A DNA stretch of 64,000 nt from positions 50,884,860 to 50,948,859 of the forward strand of contig NC_068995.1 in the NCBI RefSeq assembly GCF_001194135.2, read 5' to 3'. Shown one piece after another: positions 60,576-64,000 of the stretch; positions within the stretch are counted from its first letter, which is position 1; each line of letters opens with the position of its first letter. The notes beneath the pieces were generated by a model. That model saw nothing but the letters and a program-made list of their open reading frames with translations. It made no database searches and was not told the origin of the DNA. The position numbers were made by a program, and so were the translations under genes. Source of the DNA: Octopus bimaculoides (Eukaryota).

Positions 60576-62250
60576 AAGCATGAGACCTGAACTTTTCGGG
60601 AAGGAGGCCAGTTGATTACAGTGCTCAACTGGTACTTATTTTATCAACCCTGAAAGGATGAAAGGCAGAGTTAGCCATAGTGGAATTTGAACTCAGACCA
60701 TGGTTGGCGAAGAGAAGATGCTGAGGCTCTTGTCCTGCAGTGGACTGAACATGGGCAATCCAAATCAATCCAAATGACTGGTTAAGAGTTAGACAACTTA
60801 GAAAATAATTAAAAGTTGAATGAAAAACATATTTTAGTGTTTTTTTTTGTTGTTTTTTTTTATAAACCGAGTAAGCAACCTTGCTTTCTTTCGTGTAAGA
60901 GAAGATGTAACTAAGTATTCAGTACTATATAGACTGCAGTCTTAATACTGCAATCAGAATTAACATTTTTATTGCACTGATAAAACTGTAGACAGTATAC
61001 GCCTGTCTAGGATCTTAAGAAGGTGACTCATTTTATATTATTTGATTTGACCTAATCGGTATTGATGGAGGTGGCAGTGAGTAATACAGTGACTAGTTCT
61101 AAATGGTTAATAGTTCATGGTTCTATTGTGAACAACGAGGGAATTTCTGTAGAGCAAGCAGTATTCTGCACAAATTAGACATGAAATATTGTTAGACAGA
61201 GAAAGAGGAGTAGTGATAGAAACTAAGAATGAAAATGAGATGAGTAAAAAAATCTGTTGAAGATGGTTTTTGTTTTTTGGTTGTTGGCTTTTCTTTTTCT
61301 TTTCTTTTTTTTACTGTTTGAGATGTAGATTGAGCTTGAAACAAAATAGAAAGAAAGCTGAAGATCAACTGTATCAAATGATGCTTGTTTTAACCAGAGG
61401 CAGATGGTACAAATGTGAGGAGGATGGATAAGATGTAAGTTATAGGATTGATGAGGTTGGAGGCAAAGTTTGTAAAATGGTGGTGGATAGTGGCCAGGAG
61501 TCGAAGGAAATTAACATGTTAACTGCCACATGTGCCATTGGTGGCTCATCGCAAACTTCACACAGCCATTCTATGCACTGCCAGTGGTACATTTTCATCA
61601 TTTGAGAAAATAGTTTATTCTGTATCTTTGACATGTTTTCAAGGATATTTAAGTAACATGAATGCTAGATATTAAAGTTGAATTATGAAATATTGTAAAA
61701 ATGCCGCANNNNNNNNNNNNNCCCCCCCCCCCCCAAATTACAATTCTTTGTAATTAATCAGTATGCAGTGTGACCAGAAATACATGGTGTCACTGGTAAG
61801 TTCCAGTAACAGACTGTGGCAGTTAATGAGTTAAAGAACTTGTGTCAGTGATAACCCCTCTGTGACTGTCATGCAGGAAATAATAGCCAAAACTTCTAAT
61901 TTTACCGTTACTAGGTCTTTTATTTTTTGTCTTAGAGGAAGAAGAACTGTATTGATGACTTTTTCAAGATGCCCATGACTGTAGAGTGAGAGGGAGGTAG
62001 TCATATGTGCAAGGTAGATCTCTTTGTTTTGGAGGGCTCCACTAAATGCATCCAGTGACCAGGCGGTTGTGTTCTTCAAAAACAGAAGGACATATTAGAT
62101 AATATAGTCCTAGACAGGATGGTAATGGTTGGAGTGGAATACTCTTGATTGTAGCTCTGTTCAGTAATTAAAAAGTTGACCTGATCTGGGGCTAAGCAAC
62201 AACCAAATACCTTGTAGCTGGTAGTTGATTGACATTCTAAAGTTGATTAA

Positions 62251-62405
62251 CCCATTAGCATTTAGATTATGCTGTCAAATGTAATGCATGATTAATTCGC
62301 ATTGTTTGAATTAGTCATGCATTATCTTGCATCCTTGAGATTTTGATTGTTTATATTTCAAAGGACAGTCTAGGTGAGGTGTGAGAGGTCAGATCTAGCC
62401 AATTT
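62251..62405 (+). mobile_element. TTAA-CCC MITE, left portion
   Basis: TTAA at 62247-62250, then CCCATTAGCATTTAGATTATGCTGTCAAATG; homologous to 43991. Confidence 0.65.
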
Positions 62406-62419
62406 GGTGCTGGTGCCTC

Positions 62420-62590
62420 TTAAAAAGCACTCAGTACACTGTGGTTAACATCAGGAAGGGCATCCACCGGTAAAAAAAACAAACCAAAACAGATTTTGGA
62501 ATTTAGTGCGACCCTTGGCTTTGCCAGTTCCTGTCTTGCCTTCCAACCAATGCCAGTATGGAAAACAGATATGAAATGTTGATGATGATT
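62420..62590 (+). mobile_element. RTE 3' tail
   Basis: 'aaaaagcactcagtacactgtgg...caggaagggcatcc...ccaaccaatgccagtatggaaaacag...gatgatgat'. Confidence 0.75.
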
Positions 62591-63539
62591 TTATATATAT
62601 ATATATATATATATATTAATATTACTTGATTTGCTGAAAAAGAATAGGTAAGAATTCCATAAAGTGTACCCAGTCCCCATTATAAATTGTCAACTTACAA
62701 GAGATGCATGGGATCACAGGCAGGCTGACAGAAGGTAGACTTCATATGTTAATTGTAAGAGTACACACGAAGGAGTACGGGCTCTCGCCTAGCTGCTACT
62801 GATGAGACAAGCCTTTGATACAGGTCACAGTAAATGATGAAAGGTGCAGGGGGGGGGAGTACTCTTCAGTCATACTGAGGCTGTGAGAACTTCTCTAGTG
62901 TTGGTGCTATGACAAGATGCACACAGTGCACTTTGAAGAGTAGTGCACAATAGGAAGGGCTTCTTGCCATAGAAAAGATGCCAAAATAGAACGTAGAGAG
63001 AAGCATGGTCCCTAAGCTGTCTAGGAAGGCTGTAATTCCAAATAAAAACTTGCGCAGACTGTGATCTGTCCCACCCATCCTAGAATGGACAGAAAAACAA
63101 TGATCATAATATATATATATATTCTGAAGATGAGATAAATCATTTTTGATTCCATGGTTATTTCATTTAGTAATCGTTTAGATTTGTGATGAAAAGAGAA
63201 GCAAGACTGTCTGGCTGCCTAACAATAGAAATAGCAATTGTTCCCTCTGCAAGAGATCAAAAGGATATTGTTCTTAATTAGATTAAATCACTAATTTTCT
63301 CATAATGAAATTTTGGTCTTGATGAACTGATATCACTGGCTTTCAATCCTGACTATAAACAAACAAACAAACAAATAGATGCATACATATACACACATGC
63401 ACGTACGCACACGAATGTGTTCACACACCTTTGGTACCGAAGAGAATTGTAATATATTCTGATAGGCATTGAGAAGGCATTCGATAGTCTGATATAATGC
63501 TCTATGGACCACCAAGAACTGGGGTGGGGTGCATAGTAC

Positions 63540-63950
63540 CAAAGAAATCCACCAGGGCTACCTCATTCCTCACTTCTACTCTCTTCAATAGTTACCTAGA
63601 AAGTATCATGAGTGATGCCATTGAAGTCCATGTGGATACGGTGAATACTGGAGGAAAGACTACCACAAATCTAAGATTTGTTGATGACCATTAATGGACT
63701 GCTAAGAAGTAAAGATAAATTGGTCAGCTTTGGTCAATCACTTAGATAGAGCCTCCACCAAGTTTGGAATAGAAATTAGAGTAGGAAAACAAAACAAAAC
63801 AAAAAACATGGCAAATATCAATGCTATAATCCCAACATGTGTCTCTATACTAGGACAGAAACAAGAGATGTGAGGCCGTTTGAACAATTTGTGGTGATGG
63901 GCAGTCATTTTGGTAAATGACCAAGAGCAGAAATCCTTGCAAGTCAACAT
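63540..63950 (+). mobile_element. Degenerate RTE reverse-transcriptase fragment
   Basis: STLFNSYLESIMSDAIEVHVDTVNTGGKTTTNLRFVDDH corresponds to the SPxLFN...NLRFADD (YADD-equivalent) RT motifs. Downstream LDRASTKFGIEI resembles RTE 'LDKASxxYGMEI'. Confidence 0.85.
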
Positions 63951-64000
63951 AGGTGCATTTATGGCTGTGTGGTTGAAGAGTTTGCTTCCCAGTCCCATGA

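Noticed and set aside
61440-61634. 64-aa minus ORF and open plus frame RIDEVGGKVCKMVVDSGQES...
   Set aside because: No convincing splice framing or family motif; left unassigned.

Overview
AT-rich eukaryotic DNA from a gappy short-read assembly, with about 14 N-gaps, most flanked by repeats. The repeat families match those I recall from octopus genomes; the species call is an inference, not a search result. No bacterial-type genes, rRNA, true tRNA, CRISPR arrays or confidently identifiable host protein-coding exons were found. The window reads as a long intron or intergenic region densely filled with transposon relics. (i) Non-LTR retrotransposon fragments: RTE-clade ORF pieces at 19.9-20.4, 22.3-22.7, 57.3-58.2 and 63.5-63.9 kb, many isolated RTE 3' tails, and one R4/Dong-like C-terminus at 60.1 kb. 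(ii) Four SINE-like families under my own working labels: SINE-B (tRNA-like head + 'cttgagcaagacact' core), SINE-C (head 'gcaggagtggctgtgtggtaag', internal TA/TG microsatellite), SINE-D (head 'ggtggtgagctggcagaa', (ATT)n tail) and SINE-E ('ctagaaatagcagccaaatctccctc', (AAC)n tail). (iii) DNA-transposon relics: Tc1/mariner at 0.6 and 31.8-32.4 kb, a pogo-like piece at 27.7 kb, and TTAA-flanked piggyBac-type MITEs at 12.4, 43.7, 54.9 and 62.3 kb. (iv) Minisatellites of 20, 24/57, 26 and 42 bp and abundant microsatellites. Nearly all long ORFs in the supplied track are N-run or microsatellite artefacts. The most interesting signals are microsatellite-directed targeting and head-to-tail chaining of retroposons, a self-nested MITE, inverted SINE pairs (possible dsRNA), and several low-confidence exon or promoter candidates, one carrying an in-frame mariner fragment.
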